DNA from: Candidatus Saccharimonadota bacterium
GTDB lineage: Bacteria > Patescibacteriota > Saccharimonadia > Saccharimonadales > UBA10212
Assembly (NCBI GenBank): GCA_016187175.1
Contig: JACPKG010000002.1
Location: 12,922-76,921, forward strand
Reading direction: 5' to 3'
Length of the DNA: 64,000 nucleotides
Positions within the stretch are counted from its first letter, which is position 1; each line of letters opens with the position of its first letter. The notes beneath the pieces were generated by a model. It saw only the letters and a list, made by a program, of their open reading frames with translations, searched no databases and was not told the origin of the DNA. Below, piece by piece: positions 47,654-57,869 of the stretch. The translations under genes and the position numbers were made by a program.

Positions 47654-48931
47654 ATGACTTTTGTGGATAGGGTGAACGTAACGCTAAAGGCCGGTAACGG
47701 TGGCAATGGCATAGTCAGTTTTCGGCGACGGTTTAGAACCCTAGGTGGTCCTAACGGTGGTGACGGTGGTGACGGTGGTGGCGTTATCCTACGCGCCAGT
47801 CACGACCAGAATACCCTAGCTTCTTTCCGCTACAAAAAACTTTTGGGCGCCGAAAACGGACAACCTGGTCTTAAAGAAAAACGCCACGGTAAAAGCGGCG
47901 CCGACTTAGAAATAGCAGTTCCGGTTGGTACAGTCGTTATGAACAGAGCTGGCGAAATCTTGGCGGATTTGACTGTTGATGGTCACAGACAACTAATTGC
48001 TCGTGGCGGCAAGGGTGGCTATGGCAACGCTCATTTTGTCAGCTCCACCCGTCAGGCGCCACAGGTGGCCGAAAAAGGCGATCCGGGCGAAACACTGCAG
48101 CTGACGCTTGAGCTAAAAATGATTGCCGATGTGGGTATTGTAGGCTTGCCGAATGCCGGCAAATCAACACTACTATCTGTTATTAGTAATGCCAAACCCG
48201 AGATCGCCGATTACCCGTTTACGACTTTGACTCCCAACCTCGGCGTTGTCGATATAGACGGCCAGACTAGTCTATTGTTTGCCGATATTCCTGGTTTGAT
48301 TGAAGGCGCCAGCCGGGGCAAAGGGCTGGGTGATGAATTTCTGCGCCATATCGAGCGCACTAGCGTTTTGGTTCATTTAATCGATCTGTACAGCGAAGAC
48401 ATAGCGCAGGCTTATAAAACAATCATGAGGGAATTGGCCGATTATAAGATAGATCTAAGCATGCGGCCCCAAGTAGTGGCCCTAACCAAAGCCGATGGCC
48501 TTGATAAAAAAAACCTCCAAGTAGCGCTGGCCAAAATTAAAAAAATCGTACCGCGCGGGACACTTGTAATAGCAGTTTCCAGCGTTAGCGGTCAAGGCAT
48601 TAAGGAACTGTTGCGGACTGTAGCAAAACTAGTTGCAAAAAAGAAAGTCCAGGCTGGAAAAAAGGCGGCTAAAGCGGAGCTGCCGGTAATCGGCTTAAAG
48701 GAAGGTGAAGCTATCTGGCATATTCAAAAAACAGCCGATGGTTTTTTAGTAAGCGGTAAAAAAATCGAGCGTTTTGCTACTCGGACGGACTTTAATAATT
48801 ATTACGGACTGCAGCGGCTGCGCGACATAATGCGTAAAATGGGCATAACGGCTGAGCTAGAGCGCCAAGGAATTGAACCCGGTCAAAAAATTACCATTGG
48901 TCAACCGTCTATTGGTACGGTTGAATACTAA
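47654..48931 (+). CDS. obg: GTPase Obg
   Basis: AGNGGNG, GLPNAGKST, YPFTT, DIPGLIEGA, C-terminal OCT domain. Confidence 0.95.
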   Translation: MTFVDRVNVTLKAGNGGNGIVSFRRRFRTLGGPNGGDGGDGGGVILRASHDQNTLASFRYKKLLGAENGQPGLKEKRHGKSGADLEIAVPVGTVVMNRAGEILADLTVDGHRQLIARGGKGGYGNAHFVSSTRQAPQVAEKGDPGETLQLTLELKMIADVGIVGLPNAGKSTLLSVISNAKPEIADYPFTTLTPNLGVVDIDGQTSLLFADIPGLIEGASRGKGLGDEFLRHIERTSVLVHLIDLYSEDIAQAYKTIMRELADYKIDLSMRPQVVALTKADGLDKKNLQVALAKIKKIVPRGTLVIAVSSVSGQGIKELLRTVAKLVAKKKVQAGKKAAKAELPVIGLKEGEAIWHIQKTADGFLVSGKKIERFATRTDFNNYYGLQRLRDIMRKMGITAELERQGIEPGQKITIGQPSIGTVEY

Positions 48932-48933
48932 TC

Positions 48934-50391
48934 ATGACGTTTTACTTTTACGATTTGGAGACCAGCGGGACAGACGCCCGGCGAGACCGCATCATGCAAT
49001 TTGCCGGCCAGCGGACTGACATGAATCTTAAGCCGATTGACCAGCCGGACAACGTCTTAGTCAAGCTGACAGACGATGTTTTGCCACAGCCAGACGCCAT
49101 ACTAACCCACGGTATTACGCCGCAAAAAAGCCGAGCCGAGGGAATTTCTGAGGCCGAGTTTTTAAAATTCTTTATGGCTAAAGTTTTCCAGGCTGACACT
49201 ATCATGGTCGGTTTTAACAATATCCGCTTTGACGATGAGTTTATGCGCTTTAGTATGTGGCGTAATTTTTATGATGCCTATGAGTGGCAGTGGAAAGAGG
49301 GTTGCAGCCGCTGGGACCTGCTAGACCTAGTCAGGATAACGCGGGCGCTGCGGCCCGAGGGTATCAAATGGCCGTTTGCGCCGGACGGCCAAGCCAGCGT
49401 GCGCCTGGAGCTGCTGGCGGTAGTTAATAAGCTTGTACATGACAGCGCCCATGATGCGCTTAGCGACGTCCAGGCGTCAATTGCCGTGGCGCGAATGATC
49501 CAAAACAAACAGCCTAAGCTGTTTGATTACCTTCTTCGCCTGCGCGACAAAACAAGAGTAAAAGTACTGGTCGGCAAGGGAGAACCGTTGGTTTATACCA
49601 GCGGCCGCTACCCCGGCGACTATGACAAAACAACAATGGCTGTTGCCGTGGCGCCGCACCCGGACGGGCGGGGTATGTTGATGTATGATCTGCGCATCGA
49701 TCCCAGCGACTATGTAAAATTAGATAGCTCTGAGCTGGCCGCCAGATGGATGGCTAGGGGCGAAGACGCCCCTTACTTTCCCGTAAAGTTGCTTAGCTAT
49801 AATCACTGTCCGGCAGTGGCACCGACGTCGGTTTTAGACGACCAAAGCGCCAAAAGACTGAAGCTAGATAAAGATTTAGCGAACAAAAACCTTAAAAAAC
49901 TTAAGGCGTCCAAGAATTTCAGCCAAAAACTGATCGCGGCTGCCGAAATTGTTTACCCCAAGCGCCAACCGCAACTGGTTATAGACGACCAAAAAGTTGA
50001 CGAACAATTATATGACGGTTTTGTTAATAAGGTAGACCGAGCCAAAATGAGCGTTGTGCGGGCCGCCAAACCCGAAGAATTGTCATCGCTCAAACTCGAT
50101 TTTACTGACGAGCGACTTAAACTGCTACTGCCGCTTTATAAGGCCAGAAACTATCCCCACAGCTTATCGTCTACCGAACAAGGCTGGTGGGAAGCTTTCA
50201 AAACCAAACGCCTGCTGGCCGGCGGCGAGGCCAGCCAGGCCGCCAAATACTTTAAACGTATTGCAGAGTTAAGCCAGCAGACAAGGCGCGCTCAAGAGCA
50301 AAAATACTTACTGGAGGAGCTGAACCTTTATGGCCGGTCAATTTTGCCGCTGGCGCAAAGCCCGAAAATGGTAAATATAAAAGGCAAATAG
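48934..50391 (+). CDS. sbcB: Exodeoxyribonuclease I
   Basis: YDLETSG, QFAGQRTD, FNNIRFDDE, AHDALSDV motifs. Confidence 0.93.
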   Translation: MTFYFYDLETSGTDARRDRIMQFAGQRTDMNLKPIDQPDNVLVKLTDDVLPQPDAILTHGITPQKSRAEGISEAEFLKFFMAKVFQADTIMVGFNNIRFDDEFMRFSMWRNFYDAYEWQWKEGCSRWDLLDLVRITRALRPEGIKWPFAPDGQASVRLELLAVVNKLVHDSAHDALSDVQASIAVARMIQNKQPKLFDYLLRLRDKTRVKVLVGKGEPLVYTSGRYPGDYDKTTMAVAVAPHPDGRGMLMYDLRIDPSDYVKLDSSELAARWMARGEDAPYFPVKLLSYNHCPAVAPTSVLDDQSAKRLKLDKDLANKNLKKLKASKNFSQKLIAAAEIVYPKRQPQLVIDDQKVDEQLYDGFVNKVDRAKMSVVRAAKPEELSSLKLDFTDERLKLLLPLYKARNYPHSLSSTEQGWWEAFKTKRLLAGGEASQAAKYFKRIAELSQQTRRAQEQKYLLEELNLYGRSILPLAQSPKMVNIKGK

Positions 50392-50544
50392 CTTGAACCA
50401 ATAAGCGTACTTACGGCGCAGCGCAGGCCGCCGGTATAGACGTAGGCTGAGCCAGATGCCCAACATGCCAAAGACTATCTGCCAAAACGACAGTCGGATG
50501 TTTGTGCCGGGCACTTGGCCTAAAATCAGAAGAAAATCAAGCAT
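50338..50544 (-). CDS. Small membrane protein
   Basis: MLDFLLILGQVPGTNIRLSFW plus hydrophobic helix and basic tail. Confidence 0.55.
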   Translation of the reverse strand: MLDFLLILGQVPGTNIRLSFWQIVFGMLGIWLSLRLYRRPALRRKYAYWFKLFAFYIYHFRALRQRQN

Positions 50545-50738
50545 TTTTACACCTCGCCCGCCTGAACTCGCCGCGGCGAGTTTGCGCGGGCCCAAGAACT
50601 ACTAAAGTAAATTAGATTGTAAAACTTGGTTGTATTTATTGCAAGTATCTTATATCGCTTAAGTTTAGTTGTTTAACTTCTCTTAACTCCAGGAACACTA
50701 GAAAAAAATTGTAATTTTGTGTATAATCGTTCGCCTGC

Positions 50739-53588
50739 ATGGCTGGATTTATATCTATTCGAGGCGCTAGGGAACATAACTTAAAAAATGTTAATCTGGA
50801 GATTCCACGCGAGAAGCTGGTGGTTATAACCGGACTTTCCGGTTCGGGAAAATCTTCCTTAGCCTTTGACACAATTTACGCCGAAGGCCAACGCCGCTAC
50901 GTTGAGTCATTGAGCGCCTATGCCCGCCAGTTTCTAGGTATTATGGAAAAGCCGGATGTCGACCAGATAGATGGCCTTAGTCCGGCCATTAGCATTGATC
51001 AAAAATCCGCCAGCCGTAATCCGCGCAGCACGGTGGCGACCGTTACTGAAATTTATGATTATCTGCGCTTACTGTTTGCCCGGGTCGGCATCCCGCACTG
51101 CCCAGCCCGCCTGCCGGACGGGCGGGTCTGCAGCCAACCGGTAACCCGCCAGACTTCCAACGCTATTTTAGACCAGGTTGTTGAGGCCACCGAAAATTCT
51201 AAGATCATGGTTTTAGCGCCTGTGGTTATAGATAAAAAAGGCGCCTTTGAACATATTTCCGAGCAGTTCCAGCGAGCCGGTTTTGCCCGCACGAGGGTTG
51301 ATGGTGTAATTTACGCCCTGGATGAATTTCCAGCCCTTGATAAAAACTTCAAACACAACATAGATATCGTGGTTGATCGGTTGGTTAATAATGAAGAAAG
51401 CCGCGCCCGGCTGGCCCAAAGCGTTGAACAGGCTCTGGATTTAGCCGATGGCTTGCTAACTATCGTATCCGTCGGCGATGTACAAGGTCAGACCTATCAC
51501 AAGGAATACCATTATTCCTTGAAGTATGCCTGTGTTGACCACCCCGACATAGCCATTCCGGAACTAGAGCCGCGGACATTCAGCTTCAACTCACCGCACG
51601 GCGCCTGTCCGGTTTGCACTGGTCTAGGCAATCGGCTGGAAGTTGACCCTGAGCTAGTTATCCCGAATGGCCGGCTGACGATTGCCGAAGGCGCCATTCG
51701 GCCATTTAACCGTATTACCACTGATGCCTGGTGGATGAAAAAACTGCAGGCCGTGGCTGACAGGTATCGTTTTAGCTTGCACGTACCGACCGGAGAGTTA
51801 ACTAAGAATCAGCTGGATAAAGTTCTTTATGGCACCGGTAACGAAACTTATCGGATTAGCCTTGGAATTGGCCGTTCATTTAACACTACTTATGAAGGTG
51901 TTATCCCAAACTTAGAGCGACGGCACAAAGAAACTGAAAGTGACTTTATCCGCCGCGACATCGAAAAATATATGCAGGAGCGGCCCTGCCACGCCTGTGA
52001 CGGCCAGCGCCTAAAACCGGAAGTCTTAGCCGTTACAGTTGCCGGCCGCTCCATTATGGCTATATGTGAGCTAAGCATCGATAATGCTGTAGAACTTTTC
52101 GAAAATATTAAGCTGGATGTAACCAGCGCCCAAATCGCCAGACAGATTTTAAAGGAAATTAATGCCCGTCTAAAATTTCTTCAGGACGTCGGGCTTAACT
52201 ATTTGACTTTAGCCAGAAGCGCTGTCAGTTTAGCTGGCGGCGAAGCCCAGCGCATCCGCCTGGCGACCCAAATAGGCTCTGGCCTACAAGGTGTGCTCTA
52301 CGTTCTTGACGAACCTAGCATCGGTTTGCACCAACGCGACAATCAGCGTCTATTGGGCACACTGGAACGGCTGCGTGATCTAGGCAACACAGTTATTGTA
52401 GTTGAACATGATGAAGAAACTATACGCAGTGCTGATTTTGTGGTGGATATTGGGCCAGGTGCCGGCATCCATGGCGGCCAGATTGTGGTAACCGGTTCGC
52501 CAGCAGAAGTAGCCAAGGCCAAAAATAGTGTTACGGCCCAGTTTTTGCGTGGCGATAAAATTATCAAGACACCCAAGAAGCGTCGGGTTGGTAGTGGTAA
52601 AACACTAGTTATCAAGGGTGCACGCCACAACAATCTAAAGAACCTTAACGTAACCATTCCGTTGGGCTTGTTAGTTGTAGTCAGTGGTGTTAGCGGTTCA
52701 GGCAAGTCTAGTCTGATAAATGACATTTTGGCGCGTGAGCTTTCGGTCCGTTTGATGCATGCTCAAACTGTTGCTGGCCGGCACGATGACATCGAAGGCA
52801 TTAAGCAACTTGATAAAGCCATTGTTATCGACCAATCGCCGATTGGCCGTACGCCACGCTCTAATCCCGCGACCTACACCGGCGTTTTTACTCCAATCCG
52901 TGAACTTTTTGCGCAGACACCGGAAGCTAAAATCCGCGGTTACTCTCCAGGACGATTTAGCTTTAATGTTAAAGGCGGGCGCTGCGAAAACTGTGCCGGT
53001 GATGGCGTGATCAAAATCGAAATGCACTTTTTACCGGACGTTTATGTGACTTGTGAAGTTTGCCATGGCCAGCGCTACAACCGCGAAGCGTTGGAAATCC
53101 ACTATAAAGGAAAGACTATCAGCAACGTGCTGGAAATGACCTGTGAACAAGCCTTAGATTTTTTTGCCAACATTCCGGCCATTGCCCGCAGGCTGCAAAC
53201 CTTGGTTAGCGTTGGTCTGGGCTATATCACCCTTGGCCAGCCGGCCACAACTCTGTCTGGTGGCGAAGCCCAGCGTGTTAAGTTGGCCACCGAACTCTCC
53301 CGCCGGCCTACCGGACGCACGTTATATATTTTGGACGAACCGACTACCGGCCTGCATATGGCCGACGTTGATAAACTGTTGCATGTCCTGCACGCCCTGG
53401 TTGACGCTGGCAATAGCATGATAGTTATCGAACACAACCTTGACGTTATCAAGTCAGCCGATCATATTATTGATATGGGTCCGGAAGGCGGAGATGCCGG
53501 CGGCCAGGTTATTGCCGAAGGTACACCGGAAAAAGTCATCAAAATCAAAACTAGCTACACCGGCCAATTTTTAAAACAAATTTTATAA
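50739..53588 (+). CDS. uvrA: Excinuclease ABC subunit A
   Basis: [18 protein letters not shown], two ABC domains, Zn fingers. Confidence 0.97.
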   Translation: MAGFISIRGAREHNLKNVNLEIPREKLVVITGLSGSGKSSLAFDTIYAEGQRRYVESLSAYARQFLGIMEKPDVDQIDGLSPAISIDQKSASRNPRSTVATVTEIYDYLRLLFARVGIPHCPARLPDGRVCSQPVTRQTSNAILDQVVEATENSKIMVLAPVVIDKKGAFEHISEQFQRAGFARTRVDGVIYALDEFPALDKNFKHNIDIVVDRLVNNEESRARLAQSVEQALDLADGLLTIVSVGDVQGQTYHKEYHYSLKYACVDHPDIAIPELEPRTFSFNSPHGACPVCTGLGNRLEVDPELVIPNGRLTIAEGAIRPFNRITTDAWWMKKLQAVADRYRFSLHVPTGELTKNQLDKVLYGTGNETYRISLGIGRSFNTTYEGVIPNLERRHKETESDFIRRDIEKYMQERPCHACDGQRLKPEVLAVTVAGRSIMAICELSIDNAVELFENIKLDVTSAQIARQILKEINARLKFLQDVGLNYLTLARSAVSLAGGEAQRIRLATQIGSGLQGVLYVLDEPSIGLHQRDNQRLLGTLERLRDLGNTVIVVEHDEETIRSADFVVDIGPGAGIHGGQIVVTGSPAEVAKAKNSVTAQFLRGDKIIKTPKKRRVGSGKTLVIKGARHNNLKNLNVTIPLGLLVVVSGVSGSGKSSLINDILARELSVRLMHAQTVAGRHDDIEGIKQLDKAIVIDQSPIGRTPRSNPATYTGVFTPIRELFAQTPEAKIRGYSPGRFSFNVKGGRCENCAGDGVIKIEMHFLPDVYVTCEVCHGQRYNREALEIHYKGKTISNVLEMTCEQALDFFANIPAIARRLQTLVSVGLGYITLGQPATTLSGGEAQRVKLATELSRRPTGRTLYILDEPTTGLHMADVDKLLHVLHALVDAGNSMIVIEHNLDVIKSADHIIDMGPEGGDAGGQVIAEGTPEKVIKIKTSYTGQFLKQIL

Positions 53589-53592
53589 AGAT

Positions 53593-53910
53593 ATGAAGGA
53601 ACAAGTACCCCCAATCCAAACAAGTCGGGCTACGAAGGCTGACAGGGTAGCAGAAAATTTAGCAAGACTGCGCGAAGCCCAGTCTAACTTAGCCGACCAA
53701 GGCTTAATAGCTGAACGCATAGCAGAGCGCCAAGAGACACTACAAGCACAAATAGATCGGGCACAGCATGTAGTTGAACGGCTTAAAGCAGATTGGCATG
53801 ATGAAACTGCCCACAGAAAACTTGTCGAAGGTGTTTTACGAGAAAAGTTGAGGCTGGCTCGATTACCTTTTGAAATACCAGTTTCTCAAGATAAGCAAAT
53901 AGGGTCGTAG
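53593..53910 (+). CDS. Coiled-coil hypothetical protein
   Basis: 105-aa ORF immediately after uvrA. Confidence 0.6.
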   Translation: MKEQVPPIQTSRATKADRVAENLARLREAQSNLADQGLIAERIAERQETLQAQIDRAQHVVERLKADWHDETAHRKLVEGVLREKLRLARLPFEIPVSQDKQIGS

Positions 53911-53932
53911 CCCAAAGATTAGTATCCAGTCT

Positions 53933-54583
53933 TTATTTTTTACGGGCGAAGAAGTGCTGCCAGTCTTCTTTGAGGGCTTTTTTGAGGCGTCGCCTCACAT
54001 CCGGGCTTTTAAGAACCTGGTAGATCATAAGCAACAAGAAAACGTGCGCCGCAATAATTATGCCCCAGAAAAAATATTGATCTACGTCAGGGGCAGCATT
54101 GCCTATTAAATAACCAAGCATGGTTACCGTCACGCCCCAAAGCAGTCCGCCGATAACATTATAGGCTGCGAAGTACGGCCAGCTCATTTTGCCTACGCCG
54201 GCAACGATCGGTGCAAAAGTACGTACAGCCGGGAAGAAGCGGGCTAGAATTATGGTTTTCCCGCCATGTTTTTTGTAGAATTTATCGGCTTTCTCGATGT
54301 ACTCATGCCTAAATAGCAGGCCGTCGTGGCGCTTAAATACAGATGGGCCAAAACGCCTGCCAGTTTGATAACCAACATTATCACCGATAATCGCTGCCAG
54401 CACTATGATAATAATTAAGGGTATGATCGGCAGGCTGCCCTGGGCAGCAAAAAATCCGGCTGTCAGCAGCAGTGTATCGCCGGGGAAGATAAAGCCGAAT
54501 AACAACCCGCTTTCGGCAAAAACGATAAAGGCTATCGCCAGCAAACCGCCGGCTTGGATTATAGACTCGGCGTTTAAAAACAT
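53933..54583 (-). CDS. DedA-family membrane protein
   Basis: FAESGL..GF.FPGDTLL and ARFFPAVRTFAP motifs. Confidence 0.93.
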   Translation of the reverse strand: MFLNAESIIQAGGLLAIAFIVFAESGLLFGFIFPGDTLLLTAGFFAAQGSLPIIPLIIIIVLAAIIGDNVGYQTGRRFGPSVFKRHDGLLFRHEYIEKADKFYKKHGGKTIILARFFPAVRTFAPIVAGVGKMSWPYFAAYNVIGGLLWGVTVTMLGYLIGNAAPDVDQYFFWGIIIAAHVFLLLMIYQVLKSPDVRRRLKKALKEDWQHFFARKK

Positions 54584-54680
54584 ATGTCTATTGTACAGGC
54601 AGGCGACTGTATGACTCTAGGTTGGACGCGCCCTATCTGTTATACTGGTGCGGAACAATGATTTTGGAGATCATATTGAA

Positions 54681-55382
54681 ATGACAGACTTAGATAAACC
54701 TATTGCTTTGCAAAAGCGTACGGTTGTGCGTAAAAGACTGGCTGGCCTGCGCCGCCAAGGTTTAGTGCCGGCTGTGATTCATAACCACGGCCAAGAGTCG
54801 ATTTATGTTACGGCGCCGGAGCTAGAGCTCGGCAGAATCTACCATGAGGCTGGCAAGCACCACCCCCTGCAGCTCAGTGTCGGCGATCAAAACTTTCTGG
54901 TTTTGATTAAAGACGTACATTTTCATCCGGCCAAGCGAAGAATGGACCATGTTGTCTTTCAGGCCATCCGCCGCGACGAAAAAGTCGAAGCCGAAGTACC
55001 AATTCACTTGGAAGGCGAAATTCCGGCCGAGAAAATTGGCTTGATGATTCTGCACCAACTAGACCATGTTGAGGTCGAAGCCCTGCCGCGTAATTTACCG
55101 GACGAACTGAAAGTTGACGCCACTAAATTGGCCGAATTGGGAGATCAAATTATAGTCGCTGACCTTCAGGTACCGGCGGGTGTTGAGGTTATAACCGATG
55201 CCGAGCACCCGATTGCCAGAGTCGTGGAAACTAAAGCCATGGTCGCCGAAGAGGAAGAAGCCGCCGCTGAAGAAGCTGAAGTTGTGGAAGGTGAAGTCCC
55301 TGCCGAAGAAGGAGCGGCTGAAGGCCCAGCCCCCGAAACCAGAGGAGACGAAAGCTCTAGCCAAGAAACACCCCGAGGTTAG
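54681..55382 (+). CDS. rplY: 50S ribosomal protein L25/Ctc
   Basis: LRRQGLVPAVI, H.DF-like HVVF, acidic tail. Confidence 0.92.
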   Translation: MTDLDKPIALQKRTVVRKRLAGLRRQGLVPAVIHNHGQESIYVTAPELELGRIYHEAGKHHPLQLSVGDQNFLVLIKDVHFHPAKRRMDHVVFQAIRRDEKVEAEVPIHLEGEIPAEKIGLMILHQLDHVEVEALPRNLPDELKVDATKLAELGDQIIVADLQVPAGVEVITDAEHPIARVVETKAMVAEEEEAAAEEAEVVEGEVPAEEGAAEGPAPETRGDESSSQETPRG

Positions 55383-55516
55383 TTATACATTAAGAACAAT
55401 CCTATCTTTATGGAAAGACTACCAGTAGCTCAAAATATTCCTCGAAAACTAGCCAGAGGCCAGGAGATCATCGTCCGCTTTCTTAGGGAGGATAGGATGT
55501 ATCCTTTGACATAAAA

Positions 55517-55783
55517 ATGCTAGTCGCAGAAGACAGAGGATACACACTAGAGGCAAATACAATAGTCGACGATGAACATGGTGAAGTTCTGTCTGGCGGT
55601 GGGACAATCTCGAGAGATCAAACCGTTAGCGTAAACGACCGCTGGAGTTTAGACCGAGCTGTTGATGCTTATTCAAAGAGTTTTATAAGTGGTGTTACAG
55701 ACGAAAGTCTGCGGGAGGCTCTGCAGGAGCTTCGGCAGCGGTGGGAGAGCGCCATAGAAACCGAACAGACGTCTACTGAGTAA
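55517..55783 (+). CDS. Hypothetical protein, possibly 5'-decayed
   Basis: 88-aa ORF; a short ORF in another frame starts at 55410. Confidence 0.45.
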   Translation: MLVAEDRGYTLEANTIVDDEHGEVLSGGGTISRDQTVSVNDRWSLDRAVDAYSKSFISGVTDESLREALQELRQRWESAIETEQTSTE

Positions 55784-55792
55784 CCTCAAACT

Positions 55793-55818
55793 TAAATACT
55801 TGACTAGTCAAGTATTTA
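55793..55818. repeat. 26-bp perfect palindrome TAAATACTTGACTAGTCAAGTATTTA
   Basis: Same core as 20912-20931; lies between convergent genes. Confidence 0.8.
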
Positions 55819-57588
55819 CTCTTCCAAAAAGCCGCCGGATTGGTGGGCCCACAGCTTGGCGTAAGTGCCTTCGGTCTCCAGTAGTTCTTTATGTGTACCT
55901 TGCTCGGCAATTTTTCCCTCATCTAAAACAATAATCCTGTCCATCCTTTGGATAGTGCTAAGCCGGTGGGCGATAACAATGGCTGTCCGTCCTTCCATCA
56001 GCTTCCAAAGCGCATCTTGAATCAGTTTTTCACTTTCTGAATCAAGGGCACTGGTTGCTTCATCTAAAACTAGTATTGGTGCATTCTTGAGCATGGCCCG
56101 GGCAATGGCTACTCGCTGACGTTGGCCGCCGGAGAGCTTAACACCGCGCTCACCAACGAGTGTGTCGTAGCCGCTGGGCAAGTCTTTTATGAATTCGTGG
56201 GCATGGGCTAATTTGGCCGCCCGCTCAACTTCAGGTTTTTTCGAACAGGGCTTGCCATAAGCGATGTTTTCGGCAATGCTGCGGTGAAACAACAATGGTT
56301 CCTGCGGGACATAAGCCACGTGTGAGCGCAGGTCTGTCTGGGCTACATCCCGGATATCGACACCGTCAATACTCAGTGAGCCGTCTTGAATATCTAGTAA
56401 ACGTAGAATAAGTTTAGTGATAGTTGTTTTACCACCACCACTATGGCCAACCAGACCAACTCGCTGGCCACCTGGGATATCTAGTGAAAAATTAGATAAG
56501 ATTGCACCATTTTTAGCGTTGTCATAGCCGAATCTAACCTGGTCGAATTTAATCGACCCATCCGTTATTTTAAGTTCTTTGGGCTGCTTGGGATCTTTAA
56601 TCTCAGCTTCCAGCTGCAGAATTTCGGTCATGTCGGCAGCATCACCCAAAGCCTTGTTGATATTTCTAATGACCCTACCGAACTGCCATAGCCGGCCGGT
56701 AATGGCCTGCGTATAAGCAACAGCTAGCACCAAAACACCAACCGGTGCATTGAAGGTTGTAATAGCCAAAACACCAGAGACCACAGCCACAATATTAATT
56801 GTAGCCGTCATGCTGTGGCTCATGATTTCAGTCTTCATGCCGTAGCGCATCAGGTTGCGGCTAGCTTCGTACTTACGCTGCGAAGCTTGGGCGAAGCGCC
56901 TGAACTCGTATTTTTCGGCAGCAAAAGTTGAGATGGCATTGATGTTGGTTATGGCGTCAGCCAGGGCGGCTGTCTGCTCGCTTTGACGGGAAGCCTCTTT
57001 ACGGTTATAGGGTATTTGGCCACGGGCCCGCCGATAGATAATTAGCAGGTACGTAGCCGTAATGAATAGGAGAATAAAAGCGTAGGCTTTGGATACGAAT
57101 AACAGAAAAATAACCGAAGAAACTACGGCTGTAATACCAGTCACAATACTCCAGATAAAATCGTCCATTAAGTCCTCATAAGAATTGATGAAACGGTTGG
57201 TCTGAGTCACTAGCGCTCCACCAAAACGGTTGCTGTGGAACCGATAACCTTGGTGCTGCAGAAAATTAAAGACGCGGTTAGCAATATCACGCAAAACCTT
57301 GATCTCAAAAAGCCAAACACAGATAACTTGAACCCGCCACAAAACTACCCCAGCCAACATAAAGGCCACAAAGGCGACTATATAGCCCGAAAGATCTGAA
57401 AATGCCAAATGGTCACCACTGCTATAGGTATTTTGCAGAACATTAAAAACCTTAGCTACTATAAAAGGTGGAACAATGTCTTGGATAATTACAGCCAGGA
57501 CCGCACCAATAGTGCCGGCCAAGAACAGCAGCTTATGAGCTTTGGTATGCTGCCAATAAAGTCGAATTGTCTGGCGGGTCGTGGACAT
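55816..57588 (-). CDS. ABC exporter (fused TMD + NBD, MdlB-like)
   Basis: GHSGGGKTT, LSGGQRQR, LDEATSALD, AHRLST motifs. Confidence 0.93.
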   Translation of the reverse strand: MSTTRQTIRLYWQHTKAHKLLFLAGTIGAVLAVIIQDIVPPFIVAKVFNVLQNTYSSGDHLAFSDLSGYIVAFVAFMLAGVVLWRVQVICVWLFEIKVLRDIANRVFNFLQHQGYRFHSNRFGGALVTQTNRFINSYEDLMDDFIWSIVTGITAVVSSVIFLLFVSKAYAFILLFITATYLLIIYRRARGQIPYNRKEASRQSEQTAALADAITNINAISTFAAEKYEFRRFAQASQRKYEASRNLMRYGMKTEIMSHSMTATINIVAVVSGVLAITTFNAPVGVLVLAVAYTQAITGRLWQFGRVIRNINKALGDAADMTEILQLEAEIKDPKQPKELKITDGSIKFDQVRFGYDNAKNGAILSNFSLDIPGGQRVGLVGHSGGGKTTITKLILRLLDIQDGSLSIDGVDIRDVAQTDLRSHVAYVPQEPLLFHRSIAENIAYGKPCSKKPEVERAAKLAHAHEFIKDLPSGYDTLVGERGVKLSGGQRQRVAIARAMLKNAPILVLDEATSALDSESEKLIQDALWKLMEGRTAIVIAHRLSTIQRMDRIIVLDEGKIAEQGTHKELLETEGTYAKLWAHQSGGFLEE

Positions 57589-57642
57589 AGCAGCAGCCTC
57601 CTGACTGCGCCGCTTATTTACTAATTATTTCTTCAGTTTTTA

Positions 57643-57705
57643 TTAAAAGATTTTAGGGTCCGAAAGTAGCGACTCCATGATCTGACCCTTTGTAACTATT
57701 TTCAT
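57643..57705 (-). CDS. 20-aa upstream ORF or leader peptide of the ABC exporter
   Basis: SD AAGGAG then MKIVTKGQIMESLLSDPKIF*. Confidence 0.4.
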   Translation of the reverse strand: MKIVTKGQIMESLLSDPKIF

Positions 57706-57796
57706 TTTTGGCCGCTCCTTTCTCCCTGTTAATCCGTAATGTTAAGCAGTTTAACACTTTAAGTTCACCTTAGCAAACTTTTTATGGCGGGGCTGC

Positions 57797-57832
57797 TCCT
57801 ACAAAAATCAGCGATCGCTGATTTTTGTAGGA
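57797..57832. repeat. 36-bp perfect palindrome TCCTACAAAAATCAGCGATCGCTGATTTTTGTAGGA
   Basis: Exact self-complement in the divergent intergenic region. Confidence 0.8.
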
Positions 57833-57869
57833 CTTCTGGCCTGGAGCGTTGAAGGGTTAGAATAGGAAT

